From the NCBI GenBank assembly GCA_044892505.1, contig CM097882.1, forward strand, positions 271,374,001-271,438,000: DNA of 64,000 bases. The letters are read 5' to 3'. The translations under genes were made by a program, and so were the position numbers. The notes below the pieces were generated by a model, which was given only the letters and a program-made list of their open reading frames with translations, did no database searches and was not told where the DNA came from. The DNA is from Schmidtea nova (lineage: Eukaryota). Numbering within the stretch: the stretch's first letter is position 1; the number at the start of each line of letters is the position of its first letter. Positions 63,079 through 64,000 of this stretch are shown in pieces.

Positions 63079-63599
63079 GTATTCATTTATTCATTTTAAT
63101 GTGCTATATATTGATTTTAATGTGCTATATATATTGATTTTATTTGTATTTTATTATTATATGCTGTCAGTTAATTAATTGCTTGATTATTTTAACATTT
63201 CAACTTCTAATGAGACATATCTGCCCCGCTAAAGACAGTACAGACACAACCAATTACATAATAACAAATTTTAAACCCACTATATATAATGAATATCAAT
63301 ATTTTTCGAAATAATTTTGGATCACAAGATGGGGCATTTGTTTTTGAGTCGAATGAAACTAGGCACATTGAGATTGGTCCAGTAGATTACTTGGAATTTT
63401 GAATTTAGTGAAGATCGATAATCGATCCTGAACTTATTTCCATAATAAAAGTATATGGTAATTTTTTCCTTAACAAAAATCGTAAAAAATTTAACTTTTC
63501 ATAATTTTTCAATCAAAAAATGCTATAGGAGAGACTGGGCATGCTTATATTTGACCTTCATAACTTGATTGTAGAAAAATCCTAAAAAACTGTGTAACC

Positions 63600-63990
63600 T
63601 AAGGGAAACTGTGATTTGTGCACAAAAATCATGATTTGCACTTTTTTGCACTTAAAAATTGATAATAGCACTTTTAAATAAAGTGCAGCACTTTTAAAAA
63701 TATAATTGCATTTGAAAATCCTTAGTAGCTTTTTTTAATCAATAGATACATTTGATTTTATAAAAACGCGTGATAAATTGTTGCACAGTTGCCAAGAAAA
63801 TATTTGCGTCAAATCCTGGGTAAGCAAGTGAAAATCTGTGATTTTCACACATAAAGCACCTTTTTGCACCATTATAGCACCTTTTTCAGTTTAAATTCAA
63901 TGACTTTTTAAAAATATATTTGCATTGAAATGCCATAGTAGCACTTCTTAATCAATAGATACACTTGATTTTACAAAAACGCGCGACAGC
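63600..63990. repeat. Degenerate tandem repeat, period about 210-215 bp
   Basis: TTAATCAATAGATACA(T/C)TTGATTTTA(T/C)AAAAACGCG occurs at about 63734 and 63948. Confidence 0.55.
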
Positions 63991-64000
63991 GCTTACATAG

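Noticed and set aside
1-64000. rRNA, tRNA or prokaryotic defence systems
   Set aside because: No conserved rRNA or tRNA structure and no operon-like organisation seen; spliced genes show the DNA is eukaryotic.

Overview
AT-rich eukaryotic DNA, most likely from an invertebrate animal, with short 45-55 nt introns and two assembly gaps. Host genes: a FAM234-like FG-GAP membrane protein (minus strand, partial), FCP1/CTDP1 phosphatase (5 exons) and the 5' part of PLK4. There are also 3'-truncated actin and eEF2 pseudogenes. Most of the rest is mobile DNA: mariner fragments, a near-complete hAT/Buster element, three other hAT derivatives, a piggyBac MITE, a Merlin element, a compact 3.8 kb intronic LTR retrotransposon, gag remnants and a family of long palindromes. 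The standout is a young 14,957 bp Ty3/Gypsy LTR element (41668-56624) with 1062 bp LTRs, a tRNA-Trp PBS and a 4 bp TSD. Its whole coding region is essentially one reading frame: Gag (4 CCHC), two helical+ubiquitin-like units, AT-hook, internal signal peptide, chuvirus-like fusion glycoprotein with a PTAP tail, UAA, LYPxxSL, PR-RT-RH-IN, a second signal-peptide/TM protein, UGA-CAAUUA, and an ORF with a degenerate DEDDh exonuclease. The env therefore lies between gag and pol. Domain calls are by-eye motif recognition; no database searches were run.
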